NCBI RefSeq assembly: GCF_003704095.1
Contig: NW_020845515.1
Span: forward strand, 248,001 to 312,000
Direction of reading: 5' to 3'
Length of the DNA stretch: 64,000 bases
DNA from: Pocillopora damicornis
Lineage: Eukaryota
Position numbers and translations under genes: made by a program. Under the pieces are notes generated by a model. The model was not told where the DNA came from. It saw only the letters and a program-made list of their open reading frames with translations, and did not search any database. Below are positions 40,197 through 52,400 of the stretch, piece after piece; the stretch's first letter is position 1; each line of letters begins with the position of its first letter.

Positions 40197-42867
40197 CAGC
40201 TAACGCTACGTAAAGACAACATAATAAACGCAACACTATTCTAGCTTTAAAGGTGCGAAACAAAGTGTACGGAAATTAATTGTTCCACGGCTATCTTGTC
40301 GTTAATGACAAGCAAAAATGAAATGTTTGAAGTTATTTCCGATTCATTGATCAGTGGAAAAACAGACATTTATAGTTGTCTTTAGTTTAACTCTATTAAA
40401 AATATTGTCCTTAATAAAATTGATTAAAGCGGAGACAGACCAACTATAAAGTGTCAATTTTACGGATTTTGTAAGCTTGACTAAATCAATTGTCAGAATT
40501 ACCCTAAAATTGCCTAAAACCAAGCTACTGTCAAATGAGATAGGAAATGATCTAGCGCCTTACTTCAAGACTCTCCCGTGTCCCCTCCCCTAAGTAAAGC
40601 GGAGGCACCTGTAATAAAGCGCTTATTCCTTGTATTTACGCTTATGGAGCTGCGCTCCTTTCGGTCAGCGCCAAGGATTGAAATGAGTTTAGTATGTGTT
40701 TCCCTTGGCCACATGACCACCTGAAAAAGTTGTAATTTGTTAAGTCATCTAAGTCTGATGTCTCCTGTTAATGGTTTTGCTCAGAACTAGCCTCAGGTTG
40801 TTGACATACCTGCCAACGTCATGCCCTTATACCACGAAAAAATGATTCATTATGTAAAAAGGATCATGATCATTAAAAATTTATTTTATTCAAGTATCTT
40901 CTGGGCTATTTTCCGGTAATTTTCATCTTTTTATCAGTCAACTTTTATCATTGATCTTAGTGACGAAATCGATCACTTCAACAGAATAGATATCTTATTG
41001 AAAAGGACGGAAAGAAGTGATTCTATAAAAGCTTCCGTGGGCGAGGCTGCAAGTCGTTATATTAAATGATATCTGGGTTAAAAAAAGGGACTCTTTTGAG
41101 GGAATTAAGACGAATACTTCCATTTTTGATAGCTGATCCATCTTTCCTCCTATTTTTTAGCATCTGTCAGTGAAAGGCAATATTGCAGACAATGTTTTTT
41201 CACTGGTCAGCTGACAAACCTAATTCGACCATTTAAAATAAAACTTTCGAGTAAATTAAACTTTTGAGCAAACACTTAGTTCGCGTTAAAATATACAGGT
41301 AATTTCTATTTACTGTTTTGTTTTAAAAATTTTAGTTCATTAATAAATCATTATGGGTATTTAGATGCAATAATCTTGCATGGATTTTCACCTTAAATGA
41401 TTGTGCTTGCGCTCAAAGGCAGAATTGTTCCTGTTTCGTGCTTTATTACATTTTCACGAGCAAGGGCATATATAATAGCGCTTCTCTCTACTGATCTTCT
41501 TTTTCTGCGTAATTGATTCAATCTTACGTGGAGTTTCACCTTAACTGATGTGTGCGTGTTCAACAGGGCAAAATGATTGTTCCGCGAGTGCAAAGGTTTA
41601 TCTGACAGGACTCTCTCCAAATACTGTTCCACAAGACATTATAACGAACGCAAAAGGTGGAGAATTTGGTGAAGATAAAAGTAAAAAGCACTTTTAGATA
41701 ACATCTTGGATCACCATAGATAAATACTCGTCGTGATATTGTGTCTCGTGTCTTGCTAGAAATGCTTGCTAAAAATAACCTTCCAAAAACATTCTCGGCG
41801 ACAGAATTCTGCTCTGAACAGCAGCTGATTTTTTATTTAATGTCGCAGTTTCCGCCAAGTCCTCTTTTCTATCAACTTTCATTGTCTAGTGCATGGACAC
41901 TGTCGTCATCATTTTTTTATGGTTTGTTTTTCAATTCTAGGATTCTGCATGCAGCTATTATGCCCTCAAGAGTAAATGATTATCTTATATTGTGTACGCA
42001 CGTACCGTTGTTAGCCCGTCCAACGGCCGTTTTGTTTGATGCAAGCTGCAGTCCACACCATTATCACAAAGACTTTTCAATTCGTTCTACGATTTTTCGG
42101 TTTTATTTGTCTATCTATGCCTTTGCTCCAACTGTCTAGATCCTCTTTTGAAGTTAACTTGAACGTGAATCCCAGCGATACCGCCGAAAGTCATTCTAAA
42201 AGTATCACAACATGTTTTATTGAAATATTCTGTCAACTTCCTGTGACCTAAAATATATTATACATCAATATTACTTCTCGGTTTTGTAACTTGGCTCATA
42301 ATAGCGCCAACATTATGATAAAACAAATATAAAAAATAATTAACCGCGAAAGTACGTCACACGTGGGAACTCAACAAACGGAAAAGCTTGTAATGGATCA
42401 CGTCCTTGAGTCAAAAGCTTTCAATCCCCTAAAACTTCCCAATCCCAATTGTCTATCGTTTTCAGTGATAAGATACGCTTCATGCGGTGAATTTGCTATA
42501 TTCGTCCTGAAAATGGCCGGGTAAAGATTCTTCCTGTTCAGCTTGTTGTAATTGTCTTTTCTGACAGATTCTTAATAAACTGAACTCCTAACAAAAGGAA
42601 ATCTTACTTTAGAGCGACTACCACTTCGGTTCAAAATTCCTTTTTACTTAAAAACAATGGCTGTCTTTGTCCTCGTGCTATAGAACTTATGGAAATGAAG
42701 TGAAAATGCAGGAGTGACTTTTCGGTTATGTAAATCAATATTTAGACAGCCGCAGGCGCCCTCAAAAAGGGTTTGTATGCGCTTGCACGTTTCACTCCTA
42801 ACCAAATCTCATTTCATGACCTAGTTTCGACGGGAAAACTAAGGCGTTTCACAAATATTTCTTGGAA

Positions 42868-43821
42868 ATGGAAAACGCTAGTGATTCATCGCCTGTTCAT
42901 GAAAGAAAAACCGAAGCAATAGCGAAAGCCACACTTTGCATGTCTGTTCTTGCGGTATCTCTCCTTGAAAACGCTATGGTTGTGCTCGTTCTGAAAAAGA
43001 ATTTCAGACGAAGTCACATGAGGAATGCCAACAGCTTATTCATTGCAAATATTTCTGTGGCGGATATTTTCTTTGCTATTCAAAATATCCCGCATGCGTA
43101 CAATAATCTAGTGCTGAACGGCCACTGGATTCTACAGGGAAACTTTGGAACAGTTCTTTGTAAGATAGACATGTTCCTTTCTGTCATTACCATGGTAACT
43201 GCAAACCTGACAATTCTGGCTATCGCAATTTATCGTCTTTGTGTGGTGTTCTTTCCTCTACGAAAAATTATCACGCGGAAGACCTGCTTCTTTATTATTT
43301 TTCTGACATGGCTGGTACCAGCTCTGTTTGCTTTGCCGATATTTTATTTCGCAAAATTCATCAGCAACGAGGGCATCACAATCTGTAGTCTCAAGGATCA
43401 AGTCATAAAAATTTTCTATGCAGGTTTCGCCGTAATTCTCTTCATGACGCTTCTTGCTATGCTCGTTTTGTACGCAGCCATCGGATTCAAGCTTTGGCGT
43501 CGAAACTTCCCCAACAACGTTAGTGAAAGAGCTCGCGCATTGAGAGAGAAGCGAAATCGTGAGATTTTCAAGATGTTAATAACTCTAATAGTCGCATTTT
43601 ATGCCTGTTCCTTGCCGATTCTAACCCTTCAATTGTCTTTCGCGCTTGACTTCTATGTGGTTTACAGTGAAACTCGACATTTCCGTTTCATTGCTCTTCT
43701 AATGCTGTTCTTAAATGGTGCCATTAATCCCATAATCTATATAGTTTTCAACAGGAGTTTTCGCAGTTGTGTTAAGGAAGTTTTGTCTAAGCGCTATTGT
43801 TGTCAACCTGTGTCTGCTTGA
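42868..43821 (+). CDS. Intronless rhodopsin-class GPCR 3 (317 aa; close paralog of GPCR 1)
   Basis: Shares KAT.CM, QNIPHAYNN, LCKIDMF, NLTILAIA, IFKMLITLIV.FY.CSLP and NGAINPIIY with GPCR 1. YRL at the DRY position. Confidence 0.92.
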   Translation: MENASDSSPVHERKTEAIAKATLCMSVLAVSLLENAMVVLVLKKNFRRSHMRNANSLFIANISVADIFFAIQNIPHAYNNLVLNGHWILQGNFGTVLCKIDMFLSVITMVTANLTILAIAIYRLCVVFFPLRKIITRKTCFFIIFLTWLVPALFALPIFYFAKFISNEGITICSLKDQVIKIFYAGFAVILFMTLLAMLVLYAAIGFKLWRRNFPNNVSERARALREKRNREIFKMLITLIVAFYACSLPILTLQLSFALDFYVVYSETRHFRFIALLMLFLNGAINPIIYIVFNRSFRSCVKEVLSKRYCCQPVSA

Positions 43822-44815
43822 CTTTAACTACAAAGTGGAGACCAGTTCAAAAGTAAAATTGGTTTCAGCGGACTGTCCAATGTCTTTAGTTAGTGAGAAC
43901 ATGCTAAGTCTTGTCACTCCAACTGGTGGCTGCTACAAAGGACGCTAAAGAATCCTTTACTTAGGTTTAGAAAATTTGATGTATTGCTAAAGAAGTCTTT
44001 TCCTAGAATTTTCTCTTAAATAAAGAGCTTTTTTATGAATAGATAAATGCGTCTGTTCTGTAATAGATCTCAGATGTCTTCAATAAATAAATAATGACCT
44101 GAATAAGAATAAAGGGGCAACTGTTTTAAATAGAAAGCATCATCTATGCGTGCGACCTCCTATAGATAATAACAGAGCACCAATCACAATGCCTGTATAA
44201 TTTAGGTTATCATGTAAAAAAAAAATACTTCGTTCTGATCCCTTGTAACAGGTTTCTCTGTTCAAAAGCTAACATCCCAGTCTTATCAGCCAAGAGGCCT
44301 GTTCAACAAAGAGCCAAGGACGAACTGGGAATTTGCTGATGTAGATGACCCGACAGAACACTTCCAGGGAAATTGCCGACGCAGACCAATGATGATGATT
44401 GTTTTTCTACCTCATAAAGAGGCAGCGAAGCGCTTTGACCCGTGATAATAAAGGAAGAGGGGCAAAAATAACGACACTGATTTCCCAATCGATACGTGAG
44501 AGGGCTTTGCGAATTTTACCCACATCAAAACATTAAAACAAGAATAGTAAGAAAAAAACAAACAATCAAAACAAAGCAAATTAAAATTGTAACACGTCTT
44601 AGCAACAGATATCCAGACACCCTTCCTCCTTATCATAAGGGCTATGTTATTTTTTTTTTCTGACACAGACAGGAGTTAAATATTTTTTTCTGCATCATTT
44701 TTCGGAAAGTTATAGGTATTCAATGTTGCCTTTAAAGACGATTAAGTCAACGTTTATCCATGTTAACAATAACAGCTGTGTTTAACTGAGAGGTTTGGCC
44801 TTAAAAATGAAATAA

Positions 44816-45204
44816 TTGGGTTATTAACTACTTTCAGATTCTGCCAACGTGGCTGACTTCCCTTCCGTGAAGTTTAAAATATTTTAGTGGCGTTTCTCAT
44901 CAGTCCGATTCCTTGCTGCTATCAATTTTATGCGTTCATTATTTTGCAAAAATGGATGNNNNNNNNNNNNNNNNNNNNNNNNNNNNNNNNNNNNNNNNNN
45001 NNNNNNNNNNNNNNNNNNNNNNNNNNNNNNNNNNNNNNNNNNNNNNNNNNNNNNNNNNCATCATCCATTTTTGCAAAATAATGAACGCATAAAATTGATA
45101 GCAGCAAGGAATTGGACTGATTAGAAACGCTATTAAAATATTTTAAACTTCACGGACAGGAAGCCAGTCGCGTTGGCAGAATCTGAAAGTAGTTAATAAC
45201 CCAA
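44816..45204. mobile_element. Long inverted repeat (arms ~145 bp) flanking an assembly gap; probable ends of a TIR transposon or foldback element
   Basis: 44816-44958 is the reverse complement of 45062-45204 with scattered mismatches. Confidence 0.7.
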
Positions 45205-45208
45205 CTTA

Positions 45209-45495
45209 GACTTAGTGTATTCTCACTAACTAAAGAAATTTGACAGTCCGCTGAAACCAATTTTACATTTAAACTGGTCTCCACTTTGTAATTTAAGTCA
45301 AGCAGACACAAGTCGACAACAATAGCGCTTCGACAAAACTTCCTTAACACAACTGCGAAAACTCCTGTTGAAAACTATATAGATTATCGGCAAGGAGCAG
45401 GCATAAAATGCGACTATCAGAGTTATTAACATCTTGAAAATCTCACGATTTGGCTTCGTGATGATCAGAATTACGTCAAAACCTGCATAGTAAAA
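45209..45495 (-). pseudogene. Inverted, internally deleted fragment of GPCR 3 (TM5 to 3' flank)
   Basis: Near-identical to ~43413-43910 (FYAGF.VIL, NREIFKMLITLIVAFYACSLP, IIYIVFNRSFRSCVKEVLSKRYCC) but lacks ICL3 and ECL3/most of TM7. No 5' half. Confidence 0.9.
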
Positions 45496-45813
45496 CAGTC
45501 CCAGAATGCGAAGAGCGGAACGGAGAAAAAAAGGAAAGATTTTATTATCCCAAGGTTCAAAAGGAGGGAACGAACACTGCTGGCGCAGTGATGACCGAAA
45601 GGCATGCACGTATACACTTACTTTTAGTGCGCTTTGACCCTAACCAATAAGTTGAACAGCTAATACTGGCTAGCCTTTTACACTAAAAGCCATACACACC
45701 ACAGGTGAAAGATTTGTCGCATCTGATTTCTAGAAAAGTTTCGATGAAAATTTTCAAAATTTTTTATGGAGAGGAAAGTCGTTTTGTGATCAGTGCTGTT
45801 TTTTTTCCGTCAG

Positions 45814-47226
45814 ATGTTTTGCTGTCCACATACCTTACATCAGTTATGTTCGGTAAACACTCGGGATACTAAACCTTGGGCCCAGTCCCCCTCCTGTGTT
45901 GCGTCTAAATGATGGTGGTCATGTTGAAAACCTTGGAATCTTGCCTCTTCTGAGACTCAGACTGAAAAGGATCATCTCTGTGGATGTGCGGCTTCAGAAC
46001 AAGCGTTTTGTAACACCTTGATGAACGCGCTCGAAATGGCCAGGAAAAAACTGAGATGTTCATTTACAGGAATGGATGGTCGAGACATCAATGAAGACAT
46101 TCGAATAAACTTTGTGGAGAGAAGTCCCGGAAACCAACCTAGGAGTTACAGGTTTGTGACTTAGTTTTTAAGGTTCAGCTAACTTGTATGTTGCACGAAA
46201 ACCCACTAATATGAAGTGTTGTTTAACCGCTTTCATTTAAGGTGCTGCGCACAAACGTCTATTTCAATTTAGTTGGAAATACTTAGTATTAGCTGAACAA
46301 AGTTTTTGGACCAATCCGCAAAATGTAGTCAAGCGGTTTTTTTCATTGAGACTTAACAGTGACTGGGACTGGTGTTTTACTACCCCTCTGCTCTTGGCGA
46401 GGAATGTGCACGCCATTCCTCCGGCCATTCAGATGCAAAACTAAAAACAATGGCGACCTACTAGGTCCCTTGCCTCTTTCCGCGCTTCAAACAGTTTGTA
46501 CGTTTGAGTTCCAATTGGCTCCTAAGATATGCGTTTGGTTTAGTTTATGATAAGTCCCCCCCACCTGACACTTTTTCAAATTGTTCCTCCGCACCTTTGT
46601 TAAGTTTTGTCCAACATCCCGCAATCGAAACGCACTCTTAAGTTTGCACGATTAAAGAAACACTCTAGGCAATTCGTAAAACCTACAGTTAAATCTGGAA
46701 AGAAGCTTGCTCGTCTTAAAAGTCAGACAGTCTATTGATATTTAAAGGAAAGATTTTATTATCCCAAGGTTCAAAGTCCAATACTTTGACAGAGATCCAG
46801 AAGGAGACGGCGACCACATGGTCGGTGAGGCAGAGGTGCTTTTCATTGCTCCTAGACACCCTAATAATAATTAAGATGACGCAACCTATGACGTGGAAGG
46901 AGGCTTGGAAGGAGAATCTTGATGAGGGGCATCGGGGAACTGGACCAGAGCTTCATGCCAAGGAGGTCGACAGGCTGACGTTCTGTTGCTGCGAGTCTTG
47001 TCATGGTGACGCTTGTAGGGGTTTTTCAGAGGGGATTTGTGGAGCATTTCCGCAGCATTCTACTTCGAATCAATTCTACACGTCAGTAATGTTTGCTGCT
47101 TATCATAGAGAAGGTTATCGCGCATGTTTGGAGGCAAAAGCCGCTGAATTTCTGAGGGAACAATCAGCTCAAGTGATCAATGTAGATCACATTCGTGTAG
47201 AGAATGTTGACGAAACAAAGATCTGA
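45814..47226 (+). pseudogene. Membrane patatin-like phospholipase pseudogene (copy B; last two exons 45814-46151 and 46769-47226)
   Basis: Inverted duplicate of the 3' half of copy A, including intron sequence. In-frame TAA at 45854, 7-bp deletion in the first exon (338 vs 345 nt), 1-bp deletion near 46868. No upstream exons. Shows the family C-terminus FPQHSTSNQFYTSVMFAAYHREG. Confidence 0.88.
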
Positions 47227-48547
47227 GTAATGCACACAATCTGTCGTGTTTGGTTAAAAGAAACAATCAGCACTAGATTGCTGTTTTAAAGTTTATTGAA
47301 AAAACTGCTTAATATTTTTTTAAAAAAGCTTGTTAGGGTGAGAATTTTTGGGCTCAAGATCAGTCATTGATCAAGAGCTCGAGTGAGCATAAAACGTTGT
47401 GGACTTTTAGTTATATGATTATGTGTAATTTTTAGTGAAGACTTGGAAACTTTCCCCGGCTGAAAACCGTTTTAGACTTAAGTTATATTATTTGCAATTC
47501 TTAGTAAAGATTTGGAGCCTTTCTCCAGCTGTAGCGAGTTACAGTAGCAGTACAGTGGAATGCAATAAAGGACACGATTATGGAAGGAATTTCGATGCAA
47601 CGTAAATGTTATGCGATATATCAGAGTGTTTTTTTAAGATGCGTTCTTNNNNNNNNNNNNNNNNNNNNNNNNNNNNNNNNNNNNNNNNNNNNNNNNNNNN
47701 NNNNNNNNNNNNNNNNNNNNNNNNNNNNNNNNNNNNNNNNNNNNNNNNCAATCATTAGTACTTATAAACAGGGCTGCAAAAATTTGGGATTGAATGCTCC
47801 AAGAAAAATTTTTTACAGACTTACGTACAAATTTTGAACATTAAACTTATCTATCAAACTATCAGCCTGTGTCAAAAGGGTAAATAGTCCTCTCATACAA
47901 AAACCATCGTAACATCAAAATAGATTTCTGACCAAACGATATGGGCCTAAAAATATTTTTCGCGGCATATTTGTAGCCTCAAAATTTACTTCTGGGCGAT
48001 TTATTATCCTAACTTGGCTAAAACAATGTGTTGATGAGGAGTTACTCTTATGACGGAACCGTTGAAAAAGTTTTAACGATTAAAACATCAGTCAAATATC
48101 AGTCAAATCCTCCTCTCGCACATACATGAGTTACAGGAATTTTACTTAGCTTTAGATTGGAAAAACGAGATTCGTGCGTTGTTCTTTTTTATAAAACATG
48201 TTGCCACGAAAACAGGGAAATAGTTAGGTAGTTTTCAGACTTTTGTTCTTTTCCAAATGCGAGTTAATTATTATTTGTTAGGAAATGAAGTTTACTCATT
48301 CGACGAGGAACTGTTTGCAATATTGCACCTTTGACAAAGACAGCTGGAAAAAGTGTGATTTCTTGGTCTTTCGTGAGAAATTTCCACAGCTAACAGACCG
48401 CAACTCTTATTCGTAAAATCTTTCAGAAGAGTCACATCTCCATAAAGATGATTCCACGATTCCTCATTTTCGCCATTCTTCTTGCCAACATTATTATGGC
48501 GGCAGTATTGGGTGAGCAAGATTTCAGCAGAAATATGAATGAGGTCT

Positions 48548-48986
48548 TTAAGTGCCTATGACGCCAATTTTTTTTTTTTTTTGCGTCTTCTGGTTGATAG
48601 CTGTATTTAGAATTTGAAATGATCGACCTTAGCGTCAAGCGAGTTCTCCTTGACAATTTTTTACGCATTGAAAGTACGATTTCGCGGCCAAAAAGGGTTC
48701 CCATTCAACCCGCGGCTTAAACGATCATGCATGTTACACAGCTGTGACGGCAGAAAACTGTGAAGAGGACGAACTTATTGCGTGGCCGGAGCGTCAAATG
48801 ATGTTAGCCATAAGAATAATACACATACACTGGGTTTTTCTATACACTACTTTCCAAAGGATATAGCTGTACAGCCAAAATGGACGCGTTTCGATGGTCA
48901 ACATCGGGGAGATTTTACTCTTCAAAGTCGTCGGCCTTATGCTCCGTCTCGGCTTCGAAAACGGCTGTTACAAAGGGTAACCAACC
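48548..48986 (+). mobile_element. Decayed THAP-domain-bearing DNA transposon fragment, running into a gap
   Basis: ~48775-48960 reads YCVAG..N.VS.KNN....GFSIHYFPKD....PKWTRF...HRGDF / KSSALCSV across a frameshift. This is the THAP zinc-finger pattern (C..FP..W..LCSxH) with ligands lost. Left boundary tentative. Confidence 0.6.
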
Positions 48987-49480
48987 NNNNNNNNNNNNNN
49001 NNNNNNNNNNNNNNNNNNNNNNNNNNNNNNNNNNNNNNNNNNNNNNNNNNNNNNNNNNNNNNNNNNNNNNNNNNNNNNNNNNNNNNNNNNNNNNNNNNNN
49101 NNNNNNNNNNNNNNNNNNNNNNNNNNNNNNNNNNNNNNNNNNNNNNNNNNNNNNNNNNNNNNNNNNNNNNNNNNNNNNNNNNNNNNNNNNNNNNNNNNNN
49201 NNNNNNNNNNNNNNNNNNNNNNNNNNNNNNNNNNNNNNNNNNNNNNNNNNNNNNNNNNNNNNNNNNNNNNNNNNNNNNNNNNNNNNNNNNNNNNNNNNNN
49301 NNNNNNNNNNNNNNNNNNNNNNNNNNNNNNNNNNNNNNNNNNNNNNNNNNNNNNNNNNNNNNNNNNNNNNNNNNNNNNNNNNNNNNNNNNNNNNNNNNNN
49401 NNNNNNNNNNNNNNNNNNNNNNNNNNNNNNNNNNNNNNNNNNNNNNNNNNNNNNNNNNNNNNNNNNNNNNNNNNNNNNNN

Positions 49481-52400
49481 ACCCCTACAAGCGTCACCAT
49501 GACAAGACTCGCAGCAACAGAACGTCAGCCTGTCAACCTCCTTAGCATGAAGCTCTGGTCCAGTTCCCCAATGGCCCTCGTCAAGATTTTCGTTAATGTC
49601 AATTAACGCCTCCTTCCACGTCATAGGTTGCGTCATCTTAATTCCCTTATTGGGGTGTCTAGGAGCGATGAAAAGCACCTCTGCCTCACCGACCATGTGG
49701 TCGCCGTCCCCTTCTGGATCTTTGTCAAAGTATTGGACTTTGAACCTTAGGACAATAAAATCTTTCCTTTAAATATTGGCAGACTGTCAGACTTGTAAGA
49801 CGAGGAAGCTTCTTTCCAGATTTAACTGTGGGTTTTATGAATTGCCTAATGCGTTTCTTTAAAGGTGCAAAATTAAGAGTGCGTTTCGATCGTGGGATTT
49901 TGGGCAAAACTTAACAGAAGGGCAGTGGAACATTTTGAAAAAGTGTCGGGTGTGGGGGAGGACTTGCCATAAGCTGAGCCAAACGCATGTCTTATTAACA
50001 AGCTCCAGTCAGAAAAAAGGAAACAATACAAGGAGCCAATTAGAACTCAGATCAAAACGTACAAACTGTTTGAAGCGCGGAAAGAGTCAAGGGACTTGGC
50101 CAGTCGCCATTGTTTTTAGTTTTGCATCTGAATGGCCGAAGGAATGGCGCGCACATTCCTTGCCAAGAGCAGAGGGGTGGTAAAACACAGGTCCCAGTCA
50201 TTGTTAAGTCTCAATGGAAAATCGCTTGAGTACATTTTGCTGATTGGTCCAAAATCTTTGTTCAGCTAACACTAAGTATTTCCAACTAGTTTGAAATGAG
50301 AGGCTTGCGTGCAGTACCTCACATGAAAGCGGTTAAACAACATTTCAAATTAGTGAGTTTTCGCGCAACATACAACACAGCTGAACCTTAAAAACTAAGT
50401 CACAAACCTGTAACTCCTAGGTTGGTTTCCGGGACTTCTCTCCACAAAGTTTATTCGAATATCTTCATTGATGTCTCGACCATCCATTCCTGTAAATGAA
50501 CATCTCAGTTTTTTCCTGGCCATTTCGAGCGCGTTCATCAAGGTGTTACAAAACGCTTGTTCTGAAGCCGCACATCCACCATAAACAGAGATGATCCTTT
50601 TCAGTCTGAGTCTCAGAAGAGGCAAGATTCCAAGGTTTTCAACATGGCCGCCATCACTCAGACGCAATACAGGAGGAGGACTGGGCCCAAGGTTTAGTAT
50701 CCCGATTGTTTTCCGAACATAACTGATGTAAGGTATGTGGACAGCAAAATATCTGACAAAAAACACAGTATGGCTTTTAGTGTAAAATGCTGGCCAATAT
50801 TGGCTGTTCAACTTATTGGTTAGGGTCAAAGCGCACTAAAAGCAAGTGCATACCTGCGTGCCTTTCGGTCATTAGGGAACTGAAGCATAGACGTCTTTAG
50901 ACGCGGATGGTACCCAGACGTTGAAAGTTCTTCTTGCTATCTCTTATTACGAGTAATTTGTCGGAAGAGTTTATTTTAAAATGCTACAACAAAAGATTAT
51001 GAAATTCTTTATTTTTGGTACCAAGGCGCGCCAGCAGTAGACGTTCCCTCCTTTTATTCACCATCCCCATCTTAAATGCCAGGGTTGCGGACATGCATAT
51101 CACCATGAGCAGGGGCGTTCTTACAATATAGGGAAGGATTTCAAAGAAACGCGCACACACAGGAATAGTAATACCCTCGAATAAATACTCCAAAGGTTGT
51201 CCTTCCTCGACGAGAGTGAAACCCTTAGAGGCGAACATTAAATTACTGTTAGTGACGATAAAAAAGGCATATTCAAACCTGGCCATCCTCTCCACCCGGC
51301 TGGGATTAGCAGATCCCGTGGGTATCAAGGCGATTACGGTCAACAGCAACAGAAGCAAGAAGAAACAAAATACTCCAAAGGTGAGATAGTCGTCACCGCC
51401 AAAATTATGGTAGAAAACGTATGATATCAAAAGTGGAGAGACTCTGAATATCTCGATGAAGTACGGAAGAATCTGAAAAAAAAAAAACGACGTACCACAT
51501 TAAACGTTTAATTCTGCTGTCCTAAGAATCAAGGACACTCAAGTATGTGTCAAAATATGATATTACCCCACGAAACTTCGCTCATCGGTTATTGATTGTC
51601 CTGATTCTTTTTTCGGAAGAACAAAGTTATACCAACCTGAAGGCAAATATTGAGTTTCCTGACATGCCTCGGGTCGCTGACAACAGAGTTACCCATAGCA
51701 ATTCCCAAGGTGACTTTCAGGTCTTTAAACATCTCTTCACCTTCCAGGGCACCCATGTGATGATCAACAGCAGCAGCTGACGTTGCCATGGCATCGGACA
51801 AGTAAATGTCCTCCGGCATAAGCTTGCCTTCTAACTCGCGCTCATGCGCAGGTCGATCCAGTCGTTCAATCCCTTGGGGGGACATGATAAGTGCTTCGTA
51901 GTCGGGTTCCGTGGAGGAGGTGGTGCGTCGCCATCGGTTGACCGCTGCATTGCTGATAAAGATAGGCTTGACGTTCTCAAGATCTTCCAAGGTCAGCGGG
52001 CGTTCAGGGTCGAGGTTAACACGCTGTTTGTGATCGAAATATGGGCAGCTGAGAAAAAAGTTGCGGAAGGAAATGCCGGCACAACCACACAATCCTCGAC
52101 TGGTTGGCGTGAACAAGGCTTTTTGTAGCCGCCACCTGCAACTCAAAGAAGATCAAACGGCGTATTTAGATCTAGAGTTACATGCTCAATGGGCCAATTA
52201 AGGCCAACGCGATACAGACGCTTACTAAAACGCCCACGTGCCATCCCCATGCGCGCGAGATTGTTTACAAGGGCGCACGCAACATGTTATTATTTCATAC
52301 GTAATAAGCGCTTGCATTGATTAGATGGCGGCACCATCATAAAGGCTAGAGCTCCACCTCATTGAACTTCGTTAATTTCATAATCAACGAGTAAAAGGAA

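Noticed and set aside
41741-42139. 132-aa ORF between GPCR 2 and GPCR 3
   Set aside because: No recognisable GPCR or other motif, non-ATG start, no splice context.
46735-47226. Stand-alone 163-aa gene
   Set aside because: It is the frameshifted last exon of phospholipase pseudogene B. The N-terminal part of the ORF is out of frame relative to copy A.
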